Source of the DNA: an uncultured Eubacteriales bacterium
GTDB lineage: Bacteria; Acidobacteriota; Aminicenantia; Aminicenantales; Aminicenantaceae
DNA: 64,000 nt
Direction: 5' to 3'
Assembly: GCA_964406575.1 (NCBI GenBank)
Contig: CAYOSH010000022.1
Location: 2,740 to 66,739, forward strand
Shown: positions 1 to 10,231 of the stretch, piece by piece
Numbering within the stretch: position 1 is the first letter of the stretch
Layout of the letters: the number at the start of each line of letters is the position of its first letter
Translations under genes and position numbers: made by a program
The notes under the pieces: generated by a model
Databases searched by the model: none
Seen by the model: the letters and a program-made list of their open reading frames with translations, nothing else
Told to the model about the DNA's origin: nothing

Positions 1-13
1 ATATCAACATCAA

Positions 14-613
14 TTGGGTGAGATGGGCATAGCGTTCAGCGAAAAAAATTATGCCGATTGTATTATTCAAGGCAATACCGAGGCTGTTCGACTCTTCCTC
101 TCAGCCGGAATGTCTCCCGATAAAAAGAACGAGGGCCTCCCTCCTCTTTTGGAAGCCACACGAAGGGGGCACTCCGAAATCGCATTGGCTTTGATCGATG
201 CAGGCGCCGACGTGAATGTGAGAGACCCATATGACGTGACCGCAATGATGTTTGCGGCCATATGCGGCTCAGTTGAGGTTATAAAACGATTGATCGATGC
301 TGGAGCGGACGTTAACGCACGAGATGTGGACGGACGCTCTGTTTTGATCGAAGCGCTAACGACTGAAAACGACATGTCTGTTTCGACAATCCGGTCACTT
401 GTTGAGGCCGGCGCCAATGCGAATATCCGGATTAGCGGAGGAGTGACACCTTTGATGCTCGCTGCGGATGGCGAGCCTGAGGTTCTGCAGATGCTGATCG
501 ATGCGGGTGGAGATGTCAATGCCCGTGATGACCGCGGAGCTACGGCATTGATGCGGGCGGCTAGCACGCCGGAGAATATAGCTATTCTCAAGGCCGCAGG
601 AGCCAAAGAATGA
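14..613 (+). CDS. Ankyrin-repeat protein (probably 5'-truncated by the window edge)
   Basis: Several ankyrin repeats (e.g. GADVNARDVDGRSVL, GVTPLMLAA, GATALMRAA). The frame is open back to the window start. Confidence 0.9.
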   Translation: MGEMGIAFSEKNYADCIIQGNTEAVRLFLSAGMSPDKKNEGLPPLLEATRRGHSEIALALIDAGADVNVRDPYDVTAMMFAAICGSVEVIKRLIDAGADVNARDVDGRSVLIEALTTENDMSVSTIRSLVEAGANANIRISGGVTPLMLAADGEPEVLQMLIDAGGDVNARDDRGATALMRAASTPENIAILKAAGAKE

Positions 614-668
614 CTCGGGCACTATCATATGCACTCAGCGCCCCGCCGCAAGAGCAAAAGGAGCGATC

Positions 669-1724
669 ATGAACGACAATAGGCCGCTTATAAAAAGACG
701 GGAATTTTTGTTCGGCTTGGGATCCTTGCTGGGTTATATCCCTGTAAAGCATTTTTTTGCGTATGAAACGACCGCTTCCGGAACATCCCTTGTATTTAAT
801 GAGGTGTATTTCAAACATGATACGGGATTATTCCATCCAGAAAGTCCTGAACGCCTCAAAGCGATTCTAAACGGACTGCGCGAAAATCGGCTCCTTTCGG
901 TTTTGCAGGAAACGCATCCGCGGGCTGCTTCACTGGAATGGGTTCGCCAGGTTCACAGTGATGCGTATATCGACACCGTCCGTCGGGATTCAGAGAGCGG
1001 AGCGGAGCACCTTTCTACCCAATCCGGGAACACGGTCATCTGCAAGGATTCCTATGAAGTTGCACTTTGGGCGGTCGGCGGCTTATTGTCGGCGTGCGAC
1101 GCGGTCGTCTCCGGAAGAGCAAAGAATGCCTTCTGTGCCATCCGCCCACCCGGGCATCATGCTTCTCAGGACCGAGGAATGGGCTTCTGTCTGTTCAACA
1201 ACGTGGCTATTGCTGCCAGGTATCTTCAGAAAAAACACAAGCTGGGAAAAGTGCTTATCGTCGACTGGGACGTGCATCACGGCAACGGCACACAGGACAT
1301 TTTTTTCAAAGACGGCAGCGTGTTCTTTTGCAGCACCCACCAATGGCCCTGGTATCCTTGGACAGGAAGTGCCGAAGAGATCGGGATTGGTGAGGGAAAA
1401 GGAACAACTCTTAATGTGCCATTGCCCGCAGGGTCCGGAGACAAAGATCTGATCGATGCTTTTAAAAACAAGCTGCGGCCTGCAGCCAATGCGTTTAAAC
1501 CCGATGCCGTGCTCATTTCTGCCGGATTCGACTCACGGACCGGCGATCCTCTAGGGCGTTTCAGAGTCACCGACGCAGGTTACCAAAGATTAACTCAGAT
1601 TCTACTTCAGATTGCGCAAGACAACGCTGAAGGACGGCTCATTTCTGCCCTCGAAGGCGGCTACAGTCTCGAGGGTCTATCCAAAGCGGTCCCCGCGCAT
1701 ATCTCTGCCCTGATTAACGACTAG
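669..1724 (+). CDS. Histone-deacetylase-family Zn amidohydrolase with Tat-like signal
   Basis: Motifs HPESPERL, RPPGHHA, GFCLFNN, DWDVHHGNGTQ, SAGFD and LEGGY. N-terminal KRREFL followed by a hydrophobic stretch. Confidence 0.92.
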   Translation: MNDNRPLIKRREFLFGLGSLLGYIPVKHFFAYETTASGTSLVFNEVYFKHDTGLFHPESPERLKAILNGLRENRLLSVLQETHPRAASLEWVRQVHSDAYIDTVRRDSESGAEHLSTQSGNTVICKDSYEVALWAVGGLLSACDAVVSGRAKNAFCAIRPPGHHASQDRGMGFCLFNNVAIAARYLQKKHKLGKVLIVDWDVHHGNGTQDIFFKDGSVFFCSTHQWPWYPWTGSAEEIGIGEGKGTTLNVPLPAGSGDKDLIDAFKNKLRPAANAFKPDAVLISAGFDSRTGDPLGRFRVTDAGYQRLTQILLQIAQDNAEGRLISALEGGYSLEGLSKAVPAHISALIND

Positions 1725-1807
1725 GCCACAGCAATAAATCTCTACGGAGCTGCCATTTTGACAGAAAAAGCAATTGAATGCCTGAAACGTGCGATTCAAA
1801 TCTTAGA

Positions 1808-1837
1808 TTGACTGGAGAATATCTGAGCACCTATGAT
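1808..1837 (+). promoter_or_regulatory. Candidate sigma70 promoter for the dmpA-like operon
   Basis: TTGACT-N18-TATGAT upstream of the ATG at 1905. Confidence 0.35.
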
Positions 1838-1904
1838 TCTTGATTGTTCGATCATATAAATCCGTGCAAAGCACGGAATATGACGATCGGAGGGAGATAA
1901 TCCG

Positions 1905-3110
1905 ATGAATCGACGAAATTTTATCAAAAGCACCTTGAGCGGAATTCCGTTAATGTCCTCTAAGCTTGTCTTTCAGAGAAATAATGATTCTATCCATCCA
2001 GACCGCTCTTCTCCAGATCGCAGGCTGAGAGCCAGGGAAATGGGGATCATTATAGGTGATTTAGAGCCCGGGCCTCTGAATGCCATTACGGATGTCGAAG
2101 GTGTCAGAGTCGGCCACACCACCATTTCCGTAGGAGATGGTAAAGGTGCCGTACGGACCGGGGTGACGGTCATCCTGCCCAACGATGGAAGAATCACGGA
2201 AGAACAACTCTGCGCGGCTTATTTCAGCTTGAACGGCTGGGGAGAGATGACAGGTGTCGCCCCCATCGAGGAAACAGGCAAACTGTCAACGCCGATCTTT
2301 CTTACAGGAACATACAATGTGGGGATCGTACACACTGCGGCAGTAGATTATTTAAGACAAACTCGTCTGGACGCTAAGGACTCCACGAATACGCTCACAC
2401 CTGTCGTCGCCGAATGTTTCGACGACTTTTTGAGCGATACACTGAGGCGTTTGATCACAAGAGAAGATGTATTCAACGCCATTAAAAAAGCCAAAAGCGG
2501 CCCTGTCGAGGAAGGATCGGTCGGCGGCGGCACCGGAATGACCTCCTTCGGTTTCAAAGGAGGAATCGGGACCTCATCTCGAATGGTTGCCTTGAATGGA
2601 GAAAAATTCGTTGTGGGCGTTCTTGTTATGACAAACACAGCAAACCGCGATCAACTGCGTATCGATGGTGTACCAGTCGGTAAAGAAATCAAGGGATATG
2701 GATATAAAGAGGGAAAGACCAAATCCATCATTCTCATCGCAGCCACCACAGCCCCATTGCTTCCCTTCCAATTGAAAAAAATCGCCAAACATGTGGCTTT
2801 GGGCCTTGCGCAGACGGGAGCGATTTCCCAAACTGGAAGTGGCGACATCATCCTGGCCTTCTCGACGGGCAACAGAATTCCGGCAGAACCTGCCGGATCA
2901 TTCCATAAGATAAGGTCGGTGAGCGATTTCTGGATATCGCCCCTGTATCAGGGAACGGTTGAAGCAACTCAAGAAGCCATCATCAACGCTCTGACGGCCG
3001 CTCAAACCGTTGTGGGAAGAGACGGCAATACCGCGTACGGCCTCCCTCTTGACCAGGTCAAGAGAATCATGAAAAAATACAACAGGTTAAAGGATGGCTA
3101 TTTTGAATGA
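1905..3110 (+). CDS. DmpA/P1 (S58) family aminopeptidase with Tat-like signal
   Basis: NAITDVEGVRVGH, TGVTVILP, EEGSVGGGTGM, FKGGIGTSSR and SGDIILAFSTGN. N-terminus MNRRNFIK. Confidence 0.9.
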   Translation: MNRRNFIKSTLSGIPLMSSKLVFQRNNDSIHPDRSSPDRRLRAREMGIIIGDLEPGPLNAITDVEGVRVGHTTISVGDGKGAVRTGVTVILPNDGRITEEQLCAAYFSLNGWGEMTGVAPIEETGKLSTPIFLTGTYNVGIVHTAAVDYLRQTRLDAKDSTNTLTPVVAECFDDFLSDTLRRLITREDVFNAIKKAKSGPVEEGSVGGGTGMTSFGFKGGIGTSSRMVALNGEKFVVGVLVMTNTANRDQLRIDGVPVGKEIKGYGYKEGKTKSIILIAATTAPLLPFQLKKIAKHVALGLAQTGAISQTGSGDIILAFSTGNRIPAEPAGSFHKIRSVSDFWISPLYQGTVEATQEAIINALTAAQTVVGRDGNTAYGLPLDQVKRIMKKYNRLKDGYFE

Positions 3111-4176
3111 ATCAAAAAAGCTCCACTTGATCGGTAAAATTCCCTGGATTCACCCCCGCGGCAAAAAAAATGCTATCGTCGATGTGGGAGACATCAGGGT
3201 TGGGCATCTCACAGTCTCGAGAGATACTCATAATCCATCGGGACTGACGGAAATGATCAGGACTGGATTGACTGCAATTATTCCTGGGGATATGAATGAA
3301 GAAAACAGATATTTCTTCGGATTCTTTCCTTTTAGGAATATACAGGAAATCACAGGATATGCTGTCACCGAAGATTTCTGTTATTTGAATTCTCCCATCG
3401 TGCTCACCAATTCTTATAGCCTTGGTATTTCCTATAACGCAGTGCTCTCTTTTGGCTTTCGGCTTGGCCGTACCGAGATTTGGCCTCCGGTTCTCCTGAG
3501 TATCGACGATTCTTACCTCAATGGTCAGAAGGAATCTGTGGTAGAGGATAAAGATGTCATTCAACTCCTCCGGAACGCCTCGAATCATTCGGTCAAAGAG
3601 GGCTCCGTAGGTGTGGGATTGGGCCTGCACGCATTCGACTGGAAAGGGGGCATCGGGACCTCTTCACGATTGTTTTCCATCAGCGGCAAGCAATTTTCCG
3701 TCGGCGCTCTGGTCGCTTCAAATCACGGTACCTCAGAGTTATCCGATAGAGCAGACTTGAATCACGATAAACAAAGGAGATACAGACAGAAGGGATCGTT
3801 GACTATTGTCCTCGCCACAGATATGCCCCTTCTCCCCCACCAAATAAAAAAAGTCAGCACAAGTGTCGTTGTGTCATTGCCGAGTGCTAACACCATCAAA
3901 AACAGTAATGATTCAGTCACTTGTGTGCTATTCTCCCTCGCCAACGCCATGAGTCTGAAGGACGACGGACCCAAGGTTTTCGATTACACGGTGGCGAATG
4001 ACTCGTCGCTAAGCCCAATGATCAGAGCCGGTTTGGAGTCCGTCACAGAAGCTGTGCTTCGCTCTCTGTGTCTATCGGAACCTGTTGTGGGACAAGGGAA
4101 CAGAAGATTAGACAACATCCCTGAAGAATCATTTGGAGCTCTTATCCAAGTATTCGAAAAGAGCCTGGCCACCTGA
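3094..4176 (+). CDS. Divergent DmpA/P1 family paralogue without signal peptide
   Basis: NAIVDVGDIRVGH, EGSVGVGLG, WKGGIGTSSR and GSLTIVLATDMPL. Lacks the SGD motif. Overlaps the end of the upstream paralogue. Confidence 0.8.
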   Translation: MAILNESKKLHLIGKIPWIHPRGKKNAIVDVGDIRVGHLTVSRDTHNPSGLTEMIRTGLTAIIPGDMNEENRYFFGFFPFRNIQEITGYAVTEDFCYLNSPIVLTNSYSLGISYNAVLSFGFRLGRTEIWPPVLLSIDDSYLNGQKESVVEDKDVIQLLRNASNHSVKEGSVGVGLGLHAFDWKGGIGTSSRLFSISGKQFSVGALVASNHGTSELSDRADLNHDKQRRYRQKGSLTIVLATDMPLLPHQIKKVSTSVVVSLPSANTIKNSNDSVTCVLFSLANAMSLKDDGPKVFDYTVANDSSLSPMIRAGLESVTEAVLRSLCLSEPVVGQGNRRLDNIPEESFGALIQVFEKSLAT

Positions 4177-4184
4177 ACGTATGA

Positions 4185-5648
4185 ATGGAGAGATCGAGAG
4201 TGAAAAGACATGTTAAAGCCATTACAAATCCTCGCCTGAGCCTGAATATCTTGAGTGCGGAGGACATCTACAAGATTCACACAGCAACTCTGGATATCAT
4301 AGAGTCCGTGGGCGTCAAATTCCCGTCTCCAAAGGTGTTGGACCTTTGGCATAAGCTGGGAGCTTCAGTAAATAAAGAAACGTCTGTAGTGAAAATCCCT
4401 GGTGAAATGATCGAAGAAAGCCTCAAGCTCGCCCCTTCCGCTTTCACCCTCGCGGCAAGAAATGCTGCCTTGGATCTGCCATTAGACGGAAACCATGTCT
4501 TTGTGGGAACGGATGGCTGCGGTGTGGAGATGATAGATATCCAAACCGCTGAATTGCGGCGTTCCTGTCTTAAAGACGTGGAAGACATCGCTCGTGTGGC
4601 CGATTGCCTTGAACAGGTCGCTTTCCAGTGGGTTCCTGTCTCTGCTCAGGATCGTCCCCCTGAAACGAGAAGCCTTTACGAGCTGAAGGCCATATGGGAG
4701 AACTCCAACAAACATGCCCAAACAGAAAGCATTTACTCCGAAAGAGAAGCGAAAGCAGCCATAGAGATGGCCTCTCTTATTGCGGGGGGATCGACAGCAC
4801 TCCGGCAGCGCCCCCTTTTGTCATTCATGGAATGTTCCCTCTCCCCTCTTGCCCATGATGGCGGAAGCCTGGAAGCCGCACTCGCTTCCGCTTCGGCCGG
4901 CTTGCCCACAGGATTCATGACTATGGTCTCCTGTGCCTCGACCGGCCCTGCCACCCTAGCGGGAGCTCTGGCTGTGGGAAACGCCGAGGTTCTCAGTGCT
5001 CTGGCATTGATCCAGCTCGTCTATCCGGGAACTCCTGTCTTCTATGCGGCTGCTCAGACCTCCATGGACTTGCGGATGGGTGCCTATACGGGTGGAGGCC
5101 CCGAAGATTTTCTCTTCGGAGCAGCTTCCAATGTCCTTGCAGATTTTTACAATATCCCTCTCTCTATGGGGTCCTTCGCCACGGGAGCCAAAGAACCCAA
5201 TTGGCAGGCAGGCATCGAGAACAGCCTTTCCACACTGATGGCATCCCTCACAATGTCCGACATGCTTCTCGGTGTGGGCCTCTTGAATGGAAGCCTCATC
5301 TGGTCTTTCGAGCAGATGATCATGGACTGTGAAATCTTCGAAATCATCCGCAAAATGATGGAAGGCATACCAGTCAATAAAGAGACTCTCGCTCTCGACA
5401 CGATCCGCGAAGTGGGGCCTGGAAGACAGTATCTCACCCAGAGGCACACACGGGAACACATGAGAGAGCTTTGGATTCCCAAACTGATGGACCGCCGCCC
5501 ATACAGCGAGTGGATCGAGAAAAAAGACGATGCCCGGGATTGGGCCCGCGAGAGAGCTAGACATATCCTCAAGACGCATGAGCCAGAGCCTTTGCCACAA
5601 GGATTGAGCGCAGAGCTCCTCAAGATCATCGCATCGATGGAATCCTGA
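4185..5648 (+). CDS. MttB-superfamily corrinoid methyltransferase, non-pyrrolysine type
   Basis: MttB-family motifs (PATLAGALAVGNAEVL, QAGIENSLS, LALDTIREVGPG). The Pyl-equivalent position is Ala (IPLSMGSF-A-TGAK). No internal TAG. Confidence 0.9.
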   Translation: MERSRVKRHVKAITNPRLSLNILSAEDIYKIHTATLDIIESVGVKFPSPKVLDLWHKLGASVNKETSVVKIPGEMIEESLKLAPSAFTLAARNAALDLPLDGNHVFVGTDGCGVEMIDIQTAELRRSCLKDVEDIARVADCLEQVAFQWVPVSAQDRPPETRSLYELKAIWENSNKHAQTESIYSEREAKAAIEMASLIAGGSTALRQRPLLSFMECSLSPLAHDGGSLEAALASASAGLPTGFMTMVSCASTGPATLAGALAVGNAEVLSALALIQLVYPGTPVFYAAAQTSMDLRMGAYTGGGPEDFLFGAASNVLADFYNIPLSMGSFATGAKEPNWQAGIENSLSTLMASLTMSDMLLGVGLLNGSLIWSFEQMIMDCEIFEIIRKMMEGIPVNKETLALDTIREVGPGRQYLTQRHTREHMRELWIPKLMDRRPYSEWIEKKDDARDWARERARHILKTHEPEPLPQGLSAELLKIIASMES

Positions 5649-5704
5649 TATATGGAAGGAAAAAGAACTCGTCAGAGGGCAAAGGCGGCCTACTCTGAAA
5701 TTTT

Positions 5705-6976
5705 GTGTATCAGAAGTTATCAATGAAGAATCGAGCAGAAGAGGCTGTATTCAAGTTAAGGTGGGGCGTTCTGCTGATCATGGGCATTGTGGTTTTCGGC
5801 GCCTACTATGCCTTTGATGCGCTGAGCCCCATAGCCTCTTACATCATCAGCGACATGGGGATCACACGCGCGCAGTATGGGCTTCTTTTCAGCTATTACA
5901 GCCTACCCAATCTCATCATGGTCCTGGTGGGAGGAATTCTTCTGGATAAAATCGGCATCAGAAAGGCCGGGAATCTGTTCACAGCTCTTTGTGCGACCGG
6001 CGTTCTGATCACAGCGGCTGCCCCCTCTTTCCCGGTGATGCTCCTGGGAAGATTTATTTTCGGTCTTGGAGCGGAATCGCTTCTCATCACGAAGACAAAG
6101 ATCCTTTCGAAGTGGTTCAAAAGCAAAGAGCTTGCCCTTGGTTTTGCTCTGGCGCTCTCCATCGCCCGGCTCGGAACGATCGCGGCCCACAACACTTCTG
6201 CCCGCATCCAGGCTTTAAGCGGTTCGTGGCGGCTTTCCATTTGGATTTCATCTGTCATCATGTTCATCAGTTTTGCTCTGTTTCTCGTCTATGCCGGAAT
6301 TGATAAAAAATCCGAGAAAAGCTTTAGAGATCCAGACAGAGGAGATAAGAGCGAAAAGTTTGTGATTCAGGATATCTTCCGGTTCAAACCTTCCTATTGG
6401 TTCATCTCCATCCTCAGCATGACTTTTTATTCAGCCATTTTTCCTTTTACGGCATTCTCCACAGTATTCCTGCAGACAAAATTTGGATTCAGCGCTGTCA
6501 AGGGAGGATTTTACACATCCCTTGTCGTCATCGGCTCGATGGTTTTTACTCCCTTATTCGGTTTTCTTGTGGATAAATTCGGGAAGAGAGCTACGATGAT
6601 CATCATCGGATCGATTTTATTAGTCCCCGCACATGCCCTTCTCGGTCTGACTTCACTCCATCCGGCGGTTTCCATGGTGATGCTCGGATTTTCATTCTCT
6701 CTCGTCCCCGCAGCCCTGTGGCCGACCATCCCTCTCATTGTCGAGGAGAAACGTCTGGGTACGGCCTTTGGCCTGATGACTTTGCTCCAGAATATCGGGA
6801 TGACGGCTGTGCCATGGCTGGCCGGGAAAATCACGGATATTTCCGGAGGGGACTACACCTACACAATGATCATGTTCGCTTCCCTGGGATTTGTGGGTCT
6901 CATTTTTTCTATCTTGTTAAAAATTTCTGAAAAAAAAGAAGCTCTGGCCATCGAGCTCCCCGCCGGAGCGGTTTAG
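5705..6976 (+). CDS. MFS transporter (resembles the MFSD1-like dipeptide transporter group)
   Basis: About 12 hydrophobic segments and MFS loop motifs GILLDKIGIR and GFLVDKFGKR. The true start may be ATG 5723. Subfamily is inferred. Confidence 0.88.
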   Translation: MYQKLSMKNRAEEAVFKLRWGVLLIMGIVVFGAYYAFDALSPIASYIISDMGITRAQYGLLFSYYSLPNLIMVLVGGILLDKIGIRKAGNLFTALCATGVLITAAAPSFPVMLLGRFIFGLGAESLLITKTKILSKWFKSKELALGFALALSIARLGTIAAHNTSARIQALSGSWRLSIWISSVIMFISFALFLVYAGIDKKSEKSFRDPDRGDKSEKFVIQDIFRFKPSYWFISILSMTFYSAIFPFTAFSTVFLQTKFGFSAVKGGFYTSLVVIGSMVFTPLFGFLVDKFGKRATMIIIGSILLVPAHALLGLTSLHPAVSMVMLGFSFSLVPAALWPTIPLIVEEKRLGTAFGLMTLLQNIGMTAVPWLAGKITDISGGDYTYTMIMFASLGFVGLIFSILLKISEKKEALAIELPAGAV

Positions 6977-7083
6977 GCCGGCCTGTACTTAAAATTTCTT
7001 AATGAAAACATTCCGACATGTGATATAAGATATTTGGTTCATTCAGTTCTTAATATGGGTTTAACAGCTCTGAGAGGAAAACC

Positions 7084-8886
7084 ATGAGATTGTCAACGAG
7101 CAAAATTCATCTAAAGAAATTTTGTCATCTATTCTTGGCTTGTTTCTTAATTTTGACTGGGATTGCCCTTTCGGAAAATCGCCCTTATGAAGTCATCATC
7201 GATAAAGGAGTTCCCAATGCTATGAGAGACGGAATCAGGCTTTTTTCAAATATTTATAGGCCTGATGCCGATGGAAAATTTCCGGCTATACTCATCAGAA
7301 CACCATATAATAAAGACCGTTACGGCATGGATTACTCTCTTTTCCCAGTTCACGCAGCCCAAAAGGGATATGTGGTCATCATCCAGGACGTGCGAGGCCG
7401 CTATTCCTCTGAGGGTGTATTCCTCCCTTATGTGCAGGAAACTGACGACGGCTATGATGCAGTGGAATGGGCTGCGGCTCTCCCCTATGTGGATGGAAAG
7501 GTGGGGATGGTTGGGTGTTCCTATCTCGGCGGCGTGCAATGGCTCGCCGCAATAGCTGATCCGCCGCATTTGCGGGCGATTTTCCCTCAGTGTACATTCG
7601 CCAATGCCAGACATTTTTTTTATTTGGGCGGGACCTTTGACCTCTCCTGGATCGGCTGGCTGTATGACAGGTTGCCGGACTTGAAACGACACAGAAGCCC
7701 GGAAAAAAATCCGGCCGCGCAAAAAGAGGATTTCCCCTCATGGGAAGCGAATAAATGGCAATGGCTGAAGTATCTTCCCCTTAACGATTTTCCTCTATTG
7801 AAAGAATTCTGCCCCTACTATTATGAATGGATCGCTCACCCCGATGACGGCTCTTTCTGGGATTTTGCAAATATAGAAAAGTTCCATAAGAATGTGAGTG
7901 TCCCCGCATATAATCTGACAGGATGGTACGACGACGGCTACGGACAACCTGGGGCTATCTTCAATTATCTCGGGATGAAGGCTAATGGCAAAACTGAGAC
8001 GGCAAAAAAAGGACAGAAATTGATCATCGGACCCTGGACACACTGCAACAGTGAATCCTCGAAGTCGGGAGATCTCGACTTTGGGCCACAGGCAATAATT
8101 GACGTCGATGCACTTGCTCTCCGATGGTTCGACTACTGGCTCAAAGATATCGGCAACGGGATTATGGAAGAACCGCCTGTGCGGTTGTTCGTCATGGGAG
8201 ATAATGAGTGGAGAAACGAGAAGGAATGGCCGTTATCTAGGGCAGAGCCCACCGCATTCTATCTACACAGCGACGGCTCGGCAAACTCTATTTGGGGTGA
8301 TGGGACTTTTTCTAAAGAGGAGCCCGAGGAAGAAGACCCCGACCGTTTTCTATACGATCCTTCCAACCCGGTTACGGATTATTTTTTCGAGGAGCCGGGA
8401 GCTCGAGACTTGAGGCCGATTGAAGTGCGGAATGACGTTCTTGTGTATACCTCAGATCTTCTTGAAAAAGATATGGAAGTTACAGGCCCGATAGAGGCGC
8501 AAATATTTGCCTCTTCTTCAGCGAAAGACACGGATTTTGTCGTGAAGGTGAGTGATGTGTACCCAGATGGCTATTCCCAGAATATCTCCCCTCCCCTATC
8601 AGGCGTGATCAGAGCGAGATATCGCGAATCCGAATCCGCACCTTCACTGCTGACACCGGGACACATTTACAAATTCACCATTGGTCTGATGTTCACAAGC
8701 CATGTCTTCAAAAAGGGGCATCGGTTGAGGGTCTCCATCACCAGCAGTTATTTTCCTCTCATCGACCGGAATCCCAACACGGGCCATCCATTCGGCACAG
8801 ATTCGGAATGGATATGCGCCAAACAGACCATCTTTCACGATGACGAACATCCCTCGAAAATAATACTGCCTGTCATACCAAGATAA
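7084..8886 (+). CDS. CocE/NonD family serine hydrolase, secreted
   Basis: MRDGIRL, RTPY, QDVRGRYSSEG, nucleophile elbow GCSYLG, IGPWTH and a PepX-like C-terminal domain. Signal peptide present. Confidence 0.92.
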   Translation: MRLSTSKIHLKKFCHLFLACFLILTGIALSENRPYEVIIDKGVPNAMRDGIRLFSNIYRPDADGKFPAILIRTPYNKDRYGMDYSLFPVHAAQKGYVVIIQDVRGRYSSEGVFLPYVQETDDGYDAVEWAAALPYVDGKVGMVGCSYLGGVQWLAAIADPPHLRAIFPQCTFANARHFFYLGGTFDLSWIGWLYDRLPDLKRHRSPEKNPAAQKEDFPSWEANKWQWLKYLPLNDFPLLKEFCPYYYEWIAHPDDGSFWDFANIEKFHKNVSVPAYNLTGWYDDGYGQPGAIFNYLGMKANGKTETAKKGQKLIIGPWTHCNSESSKSGDLDFGPQAIIDVDALALRWFDYWLKDIGNGIMEEPPVRLFVMGDNEWRNEKEWPLSRAEPTAFYLHSDGSANSIWGDGTFSKEEPEEEDPDRFLYDPSNPVTDYFFEEPGARDLRPIEVRNDVLVYTSDLLEKDMEVTGPIEAQIFASSSAKDTDFVVKVSDVYPDGYSQNISPPLSGVIRARYRESESAPSLLTPGHIYKFTIGLMFTSHVFKKGHRLRVSITSSYFPLIDRNPNTGHPFGTDSEWICAKQTIFHDDEHPSKIILPVIPR

Positions 8887-8966
8887 AAATAACCATGTCC
8901 TTGATAGAATTTTCTTCAGGGATATAAAATAGAAACATACCGGCAGCAAAACAAGAAGGAGGAGCC

Positions 8967-10199
8967 ATGACAAGATCCGGAAGCACTCAAGACACCCGTT
9001 CCATCGATGCAGAGATCATTCAACTTTTGATCCGATTGATCAAAGCACGGAGCTATCCCGGTATTCCGCAGCAAGAAAAGGAAGTCGTTCAGGAGCTCGA
9101 TGATTACCTGCGCTCTCACGGCATCGAAACAGTCATCACAGAGGTCTGCGACGGGCGCCCGAATCTCTTAGCTTCGGTTGAAGGGGCGAAAGCAGGCCCG
9201 CATCTGTTGCTATGCGGCCATACCGACACCGTCCCCCCCAATGAAAAAAGCCCGGTGGACCTCTTCGCCGCAGTCAAAAAAGAAGGAAGGCTTTACGGAC
9301 GGGGAACAGCGGACATGAAAGGCGCTTTGGCAGCGATGGCAGGTGCTCTCGTCCATTTGAAGACATCAGGCATACTGACCTGCGGTAAAGTCACGTTGGC
9401 AGCCATCATTGACGAAGAAACACAGACCCTCGGCTCGGAACATCTTGTCAATAGCGGCTTCAAGGCCGATGCCTCGATTGTGGGCGAACCCACCAACAAT
9501 CAAATCGCCATCGGACATAAAGGATTGGAATGGTTGGTGGTCGAATTCGAAGGAAAAGCCGCTCATGGAGGAACTCCGGAATCCGGGATCAATGCCATTT
9601 CTGCAGCCGCTCATTTTGTTCAGCTCCTTGAGAAAGAACTTATTCCCGAATTCCAAAAGAGGCGTGATCCTGTTCTCGGCCTTCCGGTGGTAAATATCGG
9701 AACTATTCAGGGTGGTGACCAACCGAGCACCGTAGCGGCGCATTGTCAGATCAAGCTCGACCGACGCTGGGTCAACACCGAAACGATAGAGCAAGTGTTT
9801 GAAGACCTCGAGATTCTGCTCGAAAAAATACGATCAGCCCAGCCAGGGCTGAAAACAGAAGTCTTCCGCGTTCCAGACAGCATGGCCACGATGCTGCATG
9901 GACCGGTAACCATCGATCCGGAACATCCTGTCGTTCGAGCGGCTCAAAACGCTCTGCGTGCGCACGAGCTGCCGGCGGAATCTCTCGGTGTTTTCCCGGC
10001 CTGGACGGATGCGGCTCTGATCTCCAGGGAAGCAAAAATCCCTTCGATCATTTGGGGGCCCGGCGAGCTGAATTATGCCCATTCACCCGAGGAGAGCATT
10101 CAACTGGAAGATGTGATCTTGGCCAAGAATTTGTATGTTTCTGCCGCTTTGTTCTTTACGGGGTCGCTAACCCAGGCATCAGAGATCAAAAATAGCTGA
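8967..10199 (+). CDS. M20 family (ArgE/DapE-like) metallopeptidase/deacylase
   Basis: CGHTDTVP, LYGRGTADMKG, DEE, VGEPT and AHSPEE. Confidence 0.92.
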   Translation: MTRSGSTQDTRSIDAEIIQLLIRLIKARSYPGIPQQEKEVVQELDDYLRSHGIETVITEVCDGRPNLLASVEGAKAGPHLLLCGHTDTVPPNEKSPVDLFAAVKKEGRLYGRGTADMKGALAAMAGALVHLKTSGILTCGKVTLAAIIDEETQTLGSEHLVNSGFKADASIVGEPTNNQIAIGHKGLEWLVVEFEGKAAHGGTPESGINAISAAAHFVQLLEKELIPEFQKRRDPVLGLPVVNIGTIQGGDQPSTVAAHCQIKLDRRWVNTETIEQVFEDLEILLEKIRSAQPGLKTEVFRVPDSMATMLHGPVTIDPEHPVVRAAQNALRAHELPAESLGVFPAWTDAALISREAKIPSIIWGPGELNYAHSPEESIQLEDVILAKNLYVSAALFFTGSLTQASEIKNS

Positions 10200-10231
10200 T
10201 CAAGCTTCCTTATCTGATTGTTGATTTGTGG

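Noticed and set aside
1725-1811. 28-codon extension after the HDAC TAG with a TPR-like stretch (EKAIECLKRAIQI)
   Set aside because: The HDAC domain is already complete and the similarity is too short to support; at most a remnant.
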